A DNA stretch of 64,000 nucleotides from an uncultured Aliarcobacter sp. (GTDB lineage: Bacteria > Campylobacterota > Campylobacteria > Campylobacterales > Arcobacteraceae), in contig CAXXLV010000002.1 of assembly GCA_963664305.2 (NCBI GenBank), positions 1,152,001 through 1,216,000 on the forward strand, in the 5' to 3' direction. This document shows positions 22,649 through 33,221 of this stretch, in pieces (positions within the stretch are counted from its first letter, which is position 1; each line of letters starts with the position of its first letter). The notes beneath the pieces were generated by a model. That model made no database searches, was not told the DNA's origin, and saw only the letters and a list, made by a program, of their open reading frames with translations. A program made the position numbers and the translations under genes.

Positions 22649-23689
22649 TTATTTTCCCTTGCTTGCATGAATTTTATTTACATATTCATAAGTAATAGGA
22701 ATATGTTTTTTTCTTGGTAAATTATTTGCAACTTGAGAAAATAATGTTGAAAAATCTTCAAATAAATAATTTGCCATTGATCCTGGAATTGAATTTATTT
22801 CATTTAAATAAACTGTATCATTTACAACGAAGAAATCACATCTAATGATTGAACCTTCAAATAAATTGTTATAAAGTCTTCTAAATGATTCTTTTATCTC
22901 TTCGTTTAGTTTTTCACCTAAATCAACCTCTTTTGCTTTTGAAGTTCTTGAAAAATCTAAATATTTTTTATCAAAATCTAAAAATTCTGCTTTTTGTGGT
23001 TCTTCAATAATTGAGAATTTAAACTCTCCATTTACTTTTGTTCCAGCTAAGTTGTACTCTTTAACTCCACTAATAAATGGTTCAATTATAACTGCATTGT
23101 CAAATTCATAAGCAACATCAAGTGCATATTCTAACTCTTCTTGAGATTTAACAATTGAAACACCAATTGAACTTCCAAGTTTTACAGGTTTTAAGATAAC
23201 AGGAAAACTTTCAACTACAACGTCATCACCTTTTGTGTAATATTTGTAATCTAAAGTATTAACTCCAACACTTGAAGCATAACCTTTTGTTAAAAATTTA
23301 TTTGAACTAACTACACAAGCTTCTGTTCTAGGAGCTATAAAAGGAATTGAATAAAAATCTAAAACTGATGATAAAATACCATCTTCACCATCTCCACCGT
23401 GTGAAAGATTTAAAACAACATCAAAATCAATAGTTTTATCTTTAGAAAAAAGTCCACCTTTTTTGTAAAAACCACCCTTTTGGAAATAAACTTTTTCAAA
23501 TTTTTTATAATCACCCGAACTAAATAGTTTTGATTTAATAATATCTGTTGGAATATGATACATATCTCTTGAAGAATCTAAAAATAAATAAACTAATTCA
23601 TCTTTTAAAACATCTTTCATTGCAATTGAACTTACGATTGAAATTTCGTGTTCAAAACTCACACCACCAAAAACTATAGCTACTTTCAT
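22649..23689 (-). CDS. ddl: D-alanine-D-alanine ligase
   Basis: FGGVSFEHEISIVS, HGGDGEDG, GSSIGV, NEINSIPG. Confidence 0.95.
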   Translation of the reverse strand: MKVAIVFGGVSFEHEISIVSSIAMKDVLKDELVYLFLDSSRDMYHIPTDIIKSKLFSSGDYKKFEKVYFQKGGFYKKGGLFSKDKTIDFDVVLNLSHGGDGEDGILSSVLDFYSIPFIAPRTEACVVSSNKFLTKGYASSVGVNTLDYKYYTKGDDVVVESFPVILKPVKLGSSIGVSIVKSQEELEYALDVAYEFDNAVIIEPFISGVKEYNLAGTKVNGEFKFSIIEEPQKAEFLDFDKKYLDFSRTSKAKEVDLGEKLNEEIKESFRRLYNNLFEGSIIRCDFFVVNDTVYLNEINSIPGSMANYLFEDFSTLFSQVANNLPRKKHIPITYEYVNKIHASKGK

Positions 23690-23710
23690 CAAATTCCTTT
23701 TAATAAATTA

Positions 23711-24274
23711 TTATTTTTGTAATTTTTTTAATGCTTCTTTTACTAAATCACTTGTATTTCCACTTACACAAGTTTTTAAAACTTTTGAAATAACATCTTT
23801 TTTAAATCCTAATGATTCTAAAGCAAGAGCTGCTTCAAAAGATGAAGATAGAGACGAATCATCATTTGCTTCATGATTATCAACAATAAATCCAGATAAC
23901 TCAACTAAAATTCTACTTGCACCTTTAGGTCCAATTCCAGGAACTCTTTTTAACATTGAAACATCATTTTCATTTACAATTTGAGCAAACGAAGTTGGTG
24001 TAAAAGTAGAACAAATTGCAAGGGCAACTTTAGGACCAACTCCATTTATTTTAATCACTGTATCAAAAAGTTTTTTTTCATTTGAATCTAAAAAACCATA
24101 TAATGATTGAGAATCTTCTCTAATAATATGCGTTATTTCTAACTTAACATCATCAGAAATAATTTTTGAACTACAATTAACTGAAACGAAAACTTCATAA
24201 ATAATTCCATTTACATTTACATTTAATAACGTCGGTTCTTTCTTTATTATTTTTCCTATAAGCCCTACAATCAT
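23711..24274 (-). CDS. ruvA: Holliday junction branch migration protein RuvA
   Basis: [29 protein letters not shown]. Confidence 0.96.
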   Translation of the reverse strand: MIVGLIGKIIKKEPTLLNVNVNGIIYEVFVSVNCSSKIISDDVKLEITHIIREDSQSLYGFLDSNEKKLFDTVIKINGVGPKVALAICSTFTPTSFAQIVNENDVSMLKRVPGIGPKGASRILVELSGFIVDNHEANDDSSLSSSFEAALALESLGFKKDVISKVLKTCVSGNTSDLVKEALKKLQK

Positions 24275-24370
24275 TATCTTACTCTTTGTCTAAATAAAAT
24301 TTTAATATTTAATATTTAATAAATAAACTTCATTATATAATAATTACACTTAAACAAAAAGGCAGGTATA

Positions 24371-26557
24371 ATGTTTGAAATAATAACTAGAAAGATAAGC
24401 AATAAGATTATCGTAGCATTATTTATATTGATGTCTTTAAGTAGTTTGACAGTTATATTTGTTACTACAAATAGAGTAACAGAAGATTCAATAGCTAAAA
24501 CTAAAGAAAACTTAGAGATGTTAAATGCAGCAATGTTCCAAAGCTTAAGAAATGCAATGAATACTGGAGACCCTGTTCAAATTGCAAAAGCTGAAGAAGA
24601 TGCAAGACAGATAAATGGTGTTAAAAATTTGACTGTTGCTAAAGGAAAATCTTTGATGGAATTATATCCATCTAACGAAACATATACAACAGATGAAAAG
24701 ATACTTAGTACCTTTGAATCTAAACAGCCTTTAATTCTACAAAATGAAGATAAAGATGGTCATAGCTTAAGAATGGTAAAACCGATGATTGCCACTCAAG
24801 AGTGTTTAATGTGTCACGCAAACCAAAGTGAAGGTGATGTAATTGGAGTTATGGACTTAACTTTCTCATTAGATGAATCTGATAAAAAAATAAAAAGTTT
24901 AGTTAGTGGAATTGCATTTGTATCAATTTTCTTAGCAATCTTAACAATTGGTTTAATTTTCTTTATTGTAAAAAGAGCAACAAGTCCAATTAACCAATTA
25001 AAAGATGGTTTTGAAAATCTTTTACATTCAAATGATACAAATATAACTTTAAATGTCAACTCAAAAGATGAAATCGGTGAAGTTGCTAATTTATTCAATG
25101 CTTATATGGATAAAGTAAGAGCCGGTTTAAAACAAGATGAAAAAGTAATCGAAGAAGCAAGTGATGTTTTAGAAAAAACAGCAAATGGTTTCTTTGTTTA
25201 TAAAGTAAATGGAACTGCATCTAATCCTCATGTTGAAGATTTAAAAAATAAATTAAATTCTATGATTTTAAAAACAAATGAAACTGTTGGAAAAATCAAT
25301 GAAGCATTAAGATATTATTCTGAATCAAAATATGATTTTGTAATAAATGATGATGGTATTTATGGAAATTTAGGTTCATTAACTTCTGGAATTAAACTTG
25401 TTGGAAATAATACATCTGAAATTCTTGCAATGGTTATGAATACAGGAAATTCTTTAAATGAAAGTACGAAAACTCTTTCTGGTGCATCAAATAATTTATC
25501 AACATCTTCAAATCAACAAGCAGCTTCATTAGAAGAAACAGCTGCTGCATTAGAAGAGATAACTGCAACAATTCAAGCTAACACTCAAGCAACAGTTGAA
25601 ATGGCTCAATTAGCACAAAATGTTACAACATCTGCTCAAAATGGTCAAGTTCTTGCTAATCAAACAGCGAATTCAATGGATGAAATAAATAAAGAAGTAA
25701 GTTCAATTAATGAAGCTATTGAAGTTATTGACCAAATTGCATTCCAAACAAATATTTTATCTCTTAATGCTGCTGTTGAAGCTGCAACTGCTGGTGAAGC
25801 TGGAAAAGGATTTGCTGTTGTTGCACAAGAAGTAAGAAACTTAGCAAATAGAAGTGCAGAAGCTGCTAGAGAAATCAAAAATATTGTTGAATTAGCAAGT
25901 AAAAAAGCTAAAGAAGGAAAAGATATCTCTGATAATATGATAAACGGTTATAAAGAGTTAAATGAAAATATTTCAAATACTATTGTAACTATTGATAAAG
26001 TTGCAAATGCCTCAAAAGAACAAGAAAGAGGTATTATTCAAATAAATGATGCAATTAATATGTTAGATCAAGCAACACAAAAAAATGCACAAGTTGCTGA
26101 TCAAATATCAACAATGGCATCAAATATTGCTTCTATGTCAAATTCTTTAGTAACAGCTGCTGCTCGTGCTTCTTTCTTAAAAGATTCATTAGATAAAGTT
26201 TGTGATGTAGATTTAGTTTATGATACAGCTTTATTAAAAGTAGATTTATTAAATACAAAAGATAAAGTTTATGGAAAACTTGGAGATTATAAAGCATTTA
26301 AAATTGAAGAAAACACTACATTAAAACAATGGAGTGAAAAACATGTTAACTCAGGGAAAAAAGTTGATATGACAATTATGAAAAATATTGATGAATTAAA
26401 TATTAAATTCCATCATAATTTACAAGAATTAGTAAATGCAAATTCAAATAAAGAGAGAAATGAAGAACTAAACAAAAAAGCTAAAGAAGTTGAAATGGAT
26501 GCTTTAAGAATCTTTGGAAACTTAAATAACGTAAAAAGAGAAGCTTGTAAGAAATAA
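24371..26557 (+). CDS. Methyl-accepting chemotaxis protein with periplasmic CxxCH motif
   Basis: Two TM helices, ECLMCH, HAMP (DEIGEVA), [17 protein letters not shown] signalling domain. Confidence 0.93.
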   Translation: MFEIITRKISNKIIVALFILMSLSSLTVIFVTTNRVTEDSIAKTKENLEMLNAAMFQSLRNAMNTGDPVQIAKAEEDARQINGVKNLTVAKGKSLMELYPSNETYTTDEKILSTFESKQPLILQNEDKDGHSLRMVKPMIATQECLMCHANQSEGDVIGVMDLTFSLDESDKKIKSLVSGIAFVSIFLAILTIGLIFFIVKRATSPINQLKDGFENLLHSNDTNITLNVNSKDEIGEVANLFNAYMDKVRAGLKQDEKVIEEASDVLEKTANGFFVYKVNGTASNPHVEDLKNKLNSMILKTNETVGKINEALRYYSESKYDFVINDDGIYGNLGSLTSGIKLVGNNTSEILAMVMNTGNSLNESTKTLSGASNNLSTSSNQQAASLEETAAALEEITATIQANTQATVEMAQLAQNVTTSAQNGQVLANQTANSMDEINKEVSSINEAIEVIDQIAFQTNILSLNAAVEAATAGEAGKGFAVVAQEVRNLANRSAEAAREIKNIVELASKKAKEGKDISDNMINGYKELNENISNTIVTIDKVANASKEQERGIIQINDAINMLDQATQKNAQVADQISTMASNIASMSNSLVTAAARASFLKDSLDKVCDVDLVYDTALLKVDLLNTKDKVYGKLGDYKAFKIEENTTLKQWSEKHVNSGKKVDMTIMKNIDELNIKFHHNLQELVNANSNKERNEELNKKAKEVEMDALRIFGNLNNVKREACKK

Positions 26558-26581
26558 AAGAAGAGAAACTCTTCTTTTATT
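26553..26581. terminator. Bidirectional terminator-like hairpin
   Basis: AATAAAAGAAGAG-AAA-CTCTTCTTTTATT. Confidence 0.7.
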
Positions 26582-26935
26582 TTAAGACTGCATTTGTTTT
26601 ATTAATAACTCTAACTCATCCGCGGATAAAGTCTCATCAGAAGAATCTATATTTTTTGCACTTGGAGCTAAATTATATTGACTTTTATCAATGTCATTTT
26701 TTTCACAAACAAAATTAACAACTCTTTCTATTTTTTGTCTATGTAAGTCTTGATTTTGCAATAATCCATAAATATCAGAAACTAGATTTTGGATTTTATT
26801 TTTTTCATGGAAAGGTATTTCTAATCCTTCAATTACATTATCAATAATTTCAGCATTATCATATATCAATTGAGCATTATTTTCTGACTCTTTTATCACT
26901 TCACACAATTGTGCAATTAACTCTTCATATTTCAT
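26582..26935 (-). CDS. Short CheZ-like chemotaxis phosphatase
   Basis: LQNQDLHRQKIERV (DxxxQ catalytic motif); C-terminal DELELLI peptide. Confidence 0.65.
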   Translation of the reverse strand: MKYEELIAQLCEVIKESENNAQLIYDNAEIIDNVIEGLEIPFHEKNKIQNLVSDIYGLLQNQDLHRQKIERVVNFVCEKNDIDKSQYNLAPSAKNIDSSDETLSADELELLIKQMQS

Positions 26936-27012
26936 CTACTTCCTTTGAGACTGTATTATATATGAAGAGTTTAGCTTATTTTTACTTAATAATTTTTACT
27001 TATTTTAAATTA

Positions 27013-28077
27013 TTAATGAATTATTTCAGCTATTACTTCAGTTGCGTAAGAGCCTTTTGGAAGATAAAATTGTAATTCCATCCAATTTTTTTCTTCTTTA
27101 TAATTACTTCCAATTTCTTCAGGGAAAATCCAAGCAAATCTTCTTGCTCCATCTTCTCCTGTTTTTTCTTCAAACTCTTTTTCTATTTCATAAGCTAAAT
27201 CAACAGAATTTTTAACTCTTTTTCCAGATAATAAACCTGTTGGTACTCTATCTCTTTCATAGAATTTTTCTGATTCAGTTTCTAAATCTTCAATAGTAAA
27301 AATTTTCCCAAAAGGATAATGAGATAATAAGTCACCCGTAATTAATTTAAAAGGATGTTTTTGTTTTTTCATTCTTTTAACTTCTTCAAGAGGAAGATTT
27401 AATTTTTGGTAAATTTCTTTTGGTTCAAAAGCATCAATTAATTTTGAAATTTCAATTCTTTTTGAAAGCCAAGCATTAAATAAATAACTTTGATACGCAT
27501 TGATATACATTTGTTTTAAGTTTCTATTTCTCTCTTTTAACTTTCCATCAATTATATCTTTACCTTTTTTATAATTGTCACCCTCAATTCCAAATCTTTG
27601 AAAACCAAAATAGTTTGGAATACCATAAGTTGCAATTTGTCCTAAAGCTTCTTCAATTTTTCTTTTTTCAACAAGACCAACTCTTTTTAGTCTAATAAAA
27701 AATTTATTACCTTTTAAATGTCCCACTTTTATTTTATTATTGTGATAAGTTGTTTCAAGTATTTTTATATTTTCATGTTGAAAAGCTTTTAATTGCTCTT
27801 CAAATTTTCTATGAACAGAAATAGATTGAATTGTCATCGCATTTTTATCTTTAAGTCCTGCATAACCAAACTCTCTTGGACTGCAACCTAAATAATTTGC
27901 TAAAATTTCTATTGCATCCCAAGTTGCTAAATCTTTTTTTCTAATTTTTAGAACTAAATGCTCACCCTCACCTGAAAATTCATAAAGTGGCATCTCTGTA
28001 ACCACAAAATCATCTTTATTTTGTTTAAATACTACATCTATTTTTGAGTGATTTAAGTATCTTTGTAATTGTTCCAA
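27013..28077 (-). CDS. truD: tRNA pseudouridine(13) synthase
   Basis: DFVVTE, YAGLKDKNAMT.Q, PNYFGFQRFG, LPKGSYAT; likely TTG start at 28077. Confidence 0.95.
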   Translation of the reverse strand: MEQLQRYLNHSKIDVVFKQNKDDFVVTEMPLYEFSGEGEHLVLKIRKKDLATWDAIEILANYLGCSPREFGYAGLKDKNAMTIQSISVHRKFEEQLKAFQHENIKILETTYHNNKIKVGHLKGNKFFIRLKRVGLVEKRKIEEALGQIATYGIPNYFGFQRFGIEGDNYKKGKDIIDGKLKERNRNLKQMYINAYQSYLFNAWLSKRIEISKLIDAFEPKEIYQKLNLPLEEVKRMKKQKHPFKLITGDLLSHYPFGKIFTIEDLETESEKFYERDRVPTGLLSGKRVKNSVDLAYEIEKEFEEKTGEDGARRFAWIFPEEIGSNYKEEKNWMELQFYLPKGSYATEVIAEIIH

Positions 28078-28097
28078 TATTTTTCCTTGTTTATATT

Positions 28098-28919
28098 TTA
28101 AAAATGATGATTTTTGCAATCAGTTCTATATTTACCTTTTATAGCTTGTGCAAATATATTCAATTTTATTTTGTGTTTTTTTGCTATTTTTTTTATTTTT
28201 TCTAAATTTTTTTGATTAAATGAAAAAAGAATTTCATACTCTTCACCTGAAGTACCAATATTATTGTCAATTTCATCAAAAAATTCAAATCCAACTTTAC
28301 TTGCCTTTGATAATCTTTCCAATTCAAAAAATAGCCCATCTGATATATCCATTGATGCTGTTATATAAGGAGCTATTTCATAAAAAAATTTTTGATTTAA
28401 AACTGGTTTTATAAATTTTGATTTTTTAGAAATAGTTTCATTCTGAAATAATTTTTCTAAATCTCGTTTTGATGTTCCAAGTATTCCAGTATAACAAAGT
28501 AAATCATCTTTTTTTACACCATTTCTATAAATAGGTTTTAAACTTTTTGAAATAATTGTAACTGAAATATCAAGCTTTTCATTTGAAATAGTATCTCCAC
28601 CAATTATCTCTATTCCAAACTCTCGAGCAGCCTTTTTAAATCCTTTTGATAATTCTTTTAAATCTTCTTCACTATATGATTTTGGAATTGCCACACTTAA
28701 AAGTGCATATAAAGGAATTGCATTCATCACTATTGCATCAGAAATATTTACAATCATTGATTTATAAGCAATTTGTTTTAAACTCATCCACTCTTTTTTG
28801 AAATGTACATTTTCAAAAAATGCATCCATTGAATAAACAAACCCATTGATAAATGCACCATCATCACCAATTACTTTGTTATTTGAAAACTGTTTTATAA
28901 AATACTCTTCTTTATTCAT
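28098..28919 (-). CDS. thiL: Thiamine-monophosphate kinase
   Basis: IGDDGA, NISD, IIGGDT, MDISDGL, SGEEYE. Confidence 0.92.
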   Translation of the reverse strand: MNKEEYFIKQFSNNKVIGDDGAFINGFVYSMDAFFENVHFKKEWMSLKQIAYKSMIVNISDAIVMNAIPLYALLSVAIPKSYSEEDLKELSKGFKKAAREFGIEIIGGDTISNEKLDISVTIISKSLKPIYRNGVKKDDLLCYTGILGTSKRDLEKLFQNETISKKSKFIKPVLNQKFFYEIAPYITASMDISDGLFFELERLSKASKVGFEFFDEIDNNIGTSGEEYEILFSFNQKNLEKIKKIAKKHKIKLNIFAQAIKGKYRTDCKNHHF

Positions 28920-29063
28920 TCTTTATTATATCAAAGATGAGCATATATAGTAGTTAAAACAATTTTTTTTGAAAATTTCAATAAAGAGGATAAAATATAT
29001 CCTATTTATTTTATAAAAAATAGTGTATAATGTTTCACTGAAATTATTTTATTAGGAGATACT

Positions 29064-29450
29064 ATGCCAAAAATTAACAAATATGTTGATATTGATACTG
29101 TTGAAAGAGAAGCAAAAAAAGATTTAATTGATAGACACAGTCCATTTATTCACTGTGCTTCAACTGCAAAAAAAGGTGAGCCATTTGAAGTTACTGTAAA
29201 AATGGGTAACGAATATACTCATCCAGATGATTTTGATCACTACATTGAATCTGTTTCTTTATTTAATGGTGAAACATTATTAGCAAAAGCTACATATGTA
29301 CCAGGAACATTAGGAAATGTAAAAGCACACAATACAACTACATTTACAATCATCCCAACTGGTTCTAAATTAACTTTAGTTGCTCACGGTTACTGTACAA
29401 AACACGGTATCTGGGAAGGTACACCTGTAGAAGTAGCTGTAGCTGAATAA
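29064..29450 (+). CDS. Superoxide reductase-like (class II SORL, neelaredoxin-type) protein
   Basis: HSP, HPDDFDHYI, YCTKHGIW give a His4-Cys iron site. Confidence 0.85.
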   Translation: MPKINKYVDIDTVEREAKKDLIDRHSPFIHCASTAKKGEPFEVTVKMGNEYTHPDDFDHYIESVSLFNGETLLAKATYVPGTLGNVKAHNTTTFTIIPTGSKLTLVAHGYCTKHGIWEGTPVEVAVAE

Positions 29451-29471
29451 GCTATAAGCTCTATTCTATCG

Positions 29472-29503
29472 AAAAGGTAAGAGGTTTTTATCTCTTACCT
29501 TTT
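29472..29503 (+). terminator. Rho-independent terminator
   Basis: AAAAGGTAAGAG...CTCTTACCTTTT followed by T run. Confidence 0.8.
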
Positions 29504-29519
29504 TTTATTCTAATATCCT

Positions 29520-29702
29520 CTATGAGACATTGCCCCCCATAAACATACCAGTAAATATACCACCTATAATCATGTATAATACAAACAAAATAATCATTGC
29601 AGGTATTGAAGCAATAGCCCATTTAATCATAAATATCACCATAGACATAAAAGGCATTTTTATATCAGTTACCACTACTTCTTTTTTTTCATCATTTTCC
29701 AT
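29520..29702 (-). CDS. Small membrane protein
   Basis: AAGGGG RBS; VVTDIKMPFMSMV then long hydrophobic segment. Confidence 0.7.
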   Translation of the reverse strand: MENDEKKEVVVTDIKMPFMSMVIFMIKWAIASIPAMIILFVLYMIIGGIFTGMFMGGNVS

Positions 29703-29851
29703 ATTTTCCCCTTTTTATTGATATAAATATATATTAACAAAAGAAAAACTCTTAAATTACTTTTTTTAAGTAATTGTTATATTCTTTTTGTTTAACAAAA
29801 AATTAACTTGAATTTACTATAATCCTCAGATATTAATAATAAGGAAAGTTT

Positions 29852-30949
29852 ATGAAAAAAACTATAAGTTTACTTATGTTTATCTTTGCACTTATGTTTA
29901 CAAATTTAAATGCAAATGAGATGTTTCAAACTGTTGAACCAAAAGATGCAACTCTTGTTAAAAGTGATTCATCAAAAGAATTTTGTAATGTTTGTGGTAT
30001 GCATTTATCAAAATACTATAAAACAAATCATACAACAGAATTTAAAAATGGGCATAAAGAACAATATTGTTCTATTCATTGTCAAGCAGAAATTTATCGA
30101 GATTATAAAGATAAAATAAAAACTATTCAAGTTGTGGATACAAATTCTTTAAAATTCATAGATGCAACTAAAGCATTTTATGTTGTTGGTAGTTCAAAAG
30201 AAGGGACAATGAGTCCTGTAAGTAAATATGCTTTTTCTTCAAAAGATGAAGCTCTGAAATTCCAAAAAGAGTTTGGTGGAACAATTCACAATTTTGATGA
30301 AACAATGGATATTGCATTAAAAGATTTATCAAATGACAATAAAATTTTAGATGAAAAAAGAGCTCCAATGGCTAAAAAAGGGAAAAAGATTTTTGAATCA
30401 ATGTGTGATATATCAAAAATAAAAGATTTTAACTCTATTGGAGAAGCTAAACAATATTTAATAGATAACAATGTTTGCAAAAACTTAGATTCTCAAATGC
30501 TTCAAGCTGTTTCTATTTATTTATATAATCCATCAGCAGCAAATGAAAAATCAAATATGTTAAATATTCCAGAAGATTCAAAATGTCCAGTTTGTGGAAT
30601 GTTTGTGTCAAAATATCCTAAATGGGCAGCACAAATAAAAACTAAAGATGGTCATAATCACTATTTTGATGGAGTGAAAGATATGTTGAAATTTTATTTT
30701 GAACCTTCAAAATATGGACATCAACACTCTAAAGATGAAATGACAAATATTAATGTAACTGATTATTATTCATTAGAACTATTCAATGGTAAAGATGCTT
30801 ATTTTGTAATTGGTTCAAATGTATATGGTCCAATGGGAGAAGAAGTAATTCCATTTAAAAATGAATCACAAGCAAAAAAATTTATGGAAGACCATTTTGG
30901 AAAAAAAATTTTAAAATTTGAAGAATTAAAAAAAGAGATGTTATTTTAA
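29852..30949 (+). CDS. Periplasmic protein with two NosL-like metal-binding domains
   Basis: Signal peptide; CNVCGM...CSIHC and CPVCGM...GPMG. Confidence 0.8.
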   Translation: MKKTISLLMFIFALMFTNLNANEMFQTVEPKDATLVKSDSSKEFCNVCGMHLSKYYKTNHTTEFKNGHKEQYCSIHCQAEIYRDYKDKIKTIQVVDTNSLKFIDATKAFYVVGSSKEGTMSPVSKYAFSSKDEALKFQKEFGGTIHNFDETMDIALKDLSNDNKILDEKRAPMAKKGKKIFESMCDISKIKDFNSIGEAKQYLIDNNVCKNLDSQMLQAVSIYLYNPSAANEKSNMLNIPEDSKCPVCGMFVSKYPKWAAQIKTKDGHNHYFDGVKDMLKFYFEPSKYGHQHSKDEMTNINVTDYYSLELFNGKDAYFVIGSNVYGPMGEEVIPFKNESQAKKFMEDHFGKKILKFEELKKEMLF

Positions 30950-30957
30950 CTTACATT

Positions 30958-30980
30958 ACAATGCGATTTAATCGCATTGT
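30958..30980. terminator. Hairpin between convergent genes
   Basis: ACAATGCGATT-T-AATCGCATTGT. Confidence 0.6.
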
Positions 30981-31000
30981 TTGTAAGCAATAAATAACAA

Positions 31001-31318
31001 TTAGTGATTTTTAATAAAAGAACAACAATAATCTACTAAAGAGTGAACTCTTAATTTGAATTTTGAATTTGCTGGAATCTCAAAAGAAGCTGGACCTTCA
31101 TATTTTGCCCAATCTTTAGCTGGTAACATAACTTCTAATACACCTCTTTGAATATCAATAACTTCTTTATGAACTGTATTTAATTCATATTCACCTGGTA
31201 ACATTATTCCTAAAGTTTTTCTAGAACCATCTTCAAATGTAATAGTTCTACTTGTGATATTACCTTCAAAAAGAATATTTGCTGCTTTTGCAATAGAAAC
31301 ACCTTTAAACTCTGCCAT
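31001..31318 (-). CDS. ppnP: Pyrimidine/purine nucleoside phosphorylase (DUF1255 cupin)
   Basis: ANI.FEG.ITSR, TLGIMLPGEY, FEIPANS.F, VDYCC. Confidence 0.8.
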   Translation of the reverse strand: MAEFKGVSIAKAANILFEGNITSRTITFEDGSRKTLGIMLPGEYELNTVHKEVIDIQRGVLEVMLPAKDWAKYEGPASFEIPANSKFKLRVHSLVDYCCSFIKNH

Positions 31319-31434
31319 TTACATTCCTTACATATTATTTACTGTTATTGTAACACAACTATTATATTATTATATTGAAGCAAAAGAGTAGTTCTTTTTT
31401 GTTATAATTCCAAAATTTAAAAAAAGGTGTAGAA

Positions 31435-31698
31435 ATGACTATTCAAGAAGAATTAGAAGATTTAATAAAAAATGAAGTACTTGTAGAAATTGAAGATTAT
31501 ATTGATGAATTATTTGAAATTATTGCTGCAAAAAAAGATGATGAAAGTACAAAAGAAGAACTAAAACAAGTTCAAGAAATGAAAAAAGATTTTGAAGAAA
31601 TGTTAGCAGACTTAATTCATGGTGATATTGATGATGAAGAGTGTAGAGAAATCATTGAAGAAATCAATGAAATGAGAAAAGAAGATTTAGAGGACTAA
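31435..31698 (+). CDS. Hypothetical highly acidic protein
   Basis: AAAGG RBS; 87 aa E/D-rich helical ORF upstream of recO. Confidence 0.7.
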   Translation: MTIQEELEDLIKNEVLVEIEDYIDELFEIIAAKKDDESTKEELKQVQEMKKDFEEMLADLIHGDIDDEECREIIEEINEMRKEDLED

Positions 31699-31706
31699 TA
31701 ACTTTT

Positions 31707-32321
31707 ATGCAAGGTTATATAATAGATATTAAACCTGTAAAAGATGATGATTTAATAGTAACTATTTTAAGTGAAAATGAACTAATAACTGCATATAGAT
31801 TTTATGGAGCAAGACATTCAAACATAAATATAGGCTATAAAATTGATTTTGAATTAGAAAATACAAGGGCTAACATTCCAAGATTAAAAGACGTAATTCA
31901 ACTTGGATTCCCTTGGATACTTGACAATGAAAAAATGTATTGTTGGCAACGATATATTAAACTATTTTACCCACATTTAAAAGAGATAGAAGAATTAGAC
32001 CCTTTTTATTTTTACTCTCTTGAAAATCTTATATATATAATGACTAAACAAAATGTTTTAAGAGCAATATGTGAATCTTATATCTCATTATTAGAACATG
32101 AAGGAAGACTTCATACTAATTTTGAATGTTTATTATGTGAAACTGAGATTTTAGGAAATGTTTCATTAGTTAGAGGATTTTTACCTATTCATGAAGAGTG
32201 TACTAAAACTAAATCATTTGAGATAAAAAAAATAAAAGAATTTTTTGAAAAAAAGAAAATTATAGATTTAAATGATGAAGAAGTAGAATACTTATGGAAT
32301 ATTCTACTTCAAGGTTTGTAG
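31707..32321 (+). CDS. recO: Recombination protein RecO, Campylobacterota type
   Basis: MQGYI, YRFYGARHS, EGRLH...CLLC. Confidence 0.85.
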   Translation: MQGYIIDIKPVKDDDLIVTILSENELITAYRFYGARHSNINIGYKIDFELENTRANIPRLKDVIQLGFPWILDNEKMYCWQRYIKLFYPHLKEIEELDPFYFYSLENLIYIMTKQNVLRAICESYISLLEHEGRLHTNFECLLCETEILGNVSLVRGFLPIHEECTKTKSFEIKKIKEFFEKKKIIDLNDEEVEYLWNILLQGL

Positions 32322-32324
32322 TAA

Positions 32325-33149
32325 TTAAAGTTCGTCTAATAATCTATCTTGTAGAGTTTGAATTGCACTTCTTAAGATTTTTGTATCAAATCCATAAGCC
32401 GTTGCTTTTTTAACTGCTTTTTCAATACTGTCATCACTTAATGGTTCTCTTACGTATGCAGCTGTTTTTATTACATCTAAAATTTGTGATCTCTTTTTAT
32501 ATTCTGGAACAACATTTGATATATCATCAACATTTTCAATCATATTTATTAGATTATCACTTAATTTCCAATGTCTAAATATTTTAGCAGTAATTTGTGA
32601 AGTTGTAACATCTAATAGCTCTTTTTCAACTACTTCAATACTAGCACCTGAAGCTATTTTTGTTTTAAATAACTCTGTTTTCCCTTCACTTGAAATAATG
32701 TCTGCTAAGATAAACTTCCCTGTTTCTTGTAAAAGTGCTGGTAAAATGATATCTTCTTTTAAATCCACATCGATTTTTGATAACCATAAACTTGCCAATG
32801 TAGAAGAAATATTTGATGCTCTCATAAAGTCATCACTATTTATTCCATATGGCTCTAAATTTGTCATTAATAAATTTTGTACAGTTCCACCAATTGCAAT
32901 AGAAATTGTAAAATTAATTCCAAGTAAATTTATAGCACGACTAGGTGTTTCAACTTTTGAACGAAATCCAAACATTGCAGAATTTGAAATCTTTAACAAA
33001 GTAGAAATTATTAAGGCATCTTTTTCAATGATTTTTAATAAATCTACTGCTTCTTTATTTGGTTGCTTTCTAAACTCTTCAATTTCAATAATCGTTTTTG
33101 GTAATGGAGGAAGAGACTCTATTTTTTCAAGGATACTATTAGATAACAA
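32325..33149 (-). CDS. Stand-alone HDOD domain protein
   Basis: LPPLP, LLKISNSAMFG, AINLLG, ALLQETGK, IFRHWKL. Confidence 0.88.
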   Translation of the reverse strand: MLSNSILEKIESLPPLPKTIIEIEEFRKQPNKEAVDLLKIIEKDALIISTLLKISNSAMFGFRSKVETPSRAINLLGINFTISIAIGGTVQNLLMTNLEPYGINSDDFMRASNISSTLASLWLSKIDVDLKEDIILPALLQETGKFILADIISSEGKTELFKTKIASGASIEVVEKELLDVTTSQITAKIFRHWKLSDNLINMIENVDDISNVVPEYKKRSQILDVIKTAAYVREPLSDDSIEKAVKKATAYGFDTKILRSAIQTLQDRLLDEL

Positions 33150-33221
33150 ATTTAAACTCCTAATATTCGTATATTATTTCAATTGTAACAAAAAACTAAT
33201 CAATTAATAATAAATTATTAA

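Noticed and set aside
25490..26100. Strong nucleotide similarity to 39200-39800
   Set aside because: Ordinary conservation of the MCP signalling domain between paralogues, not a mobile repeat
32698..33207. 169 aa plus-strand ORF
   Set aside because: Lies antisense to the HDOD gene
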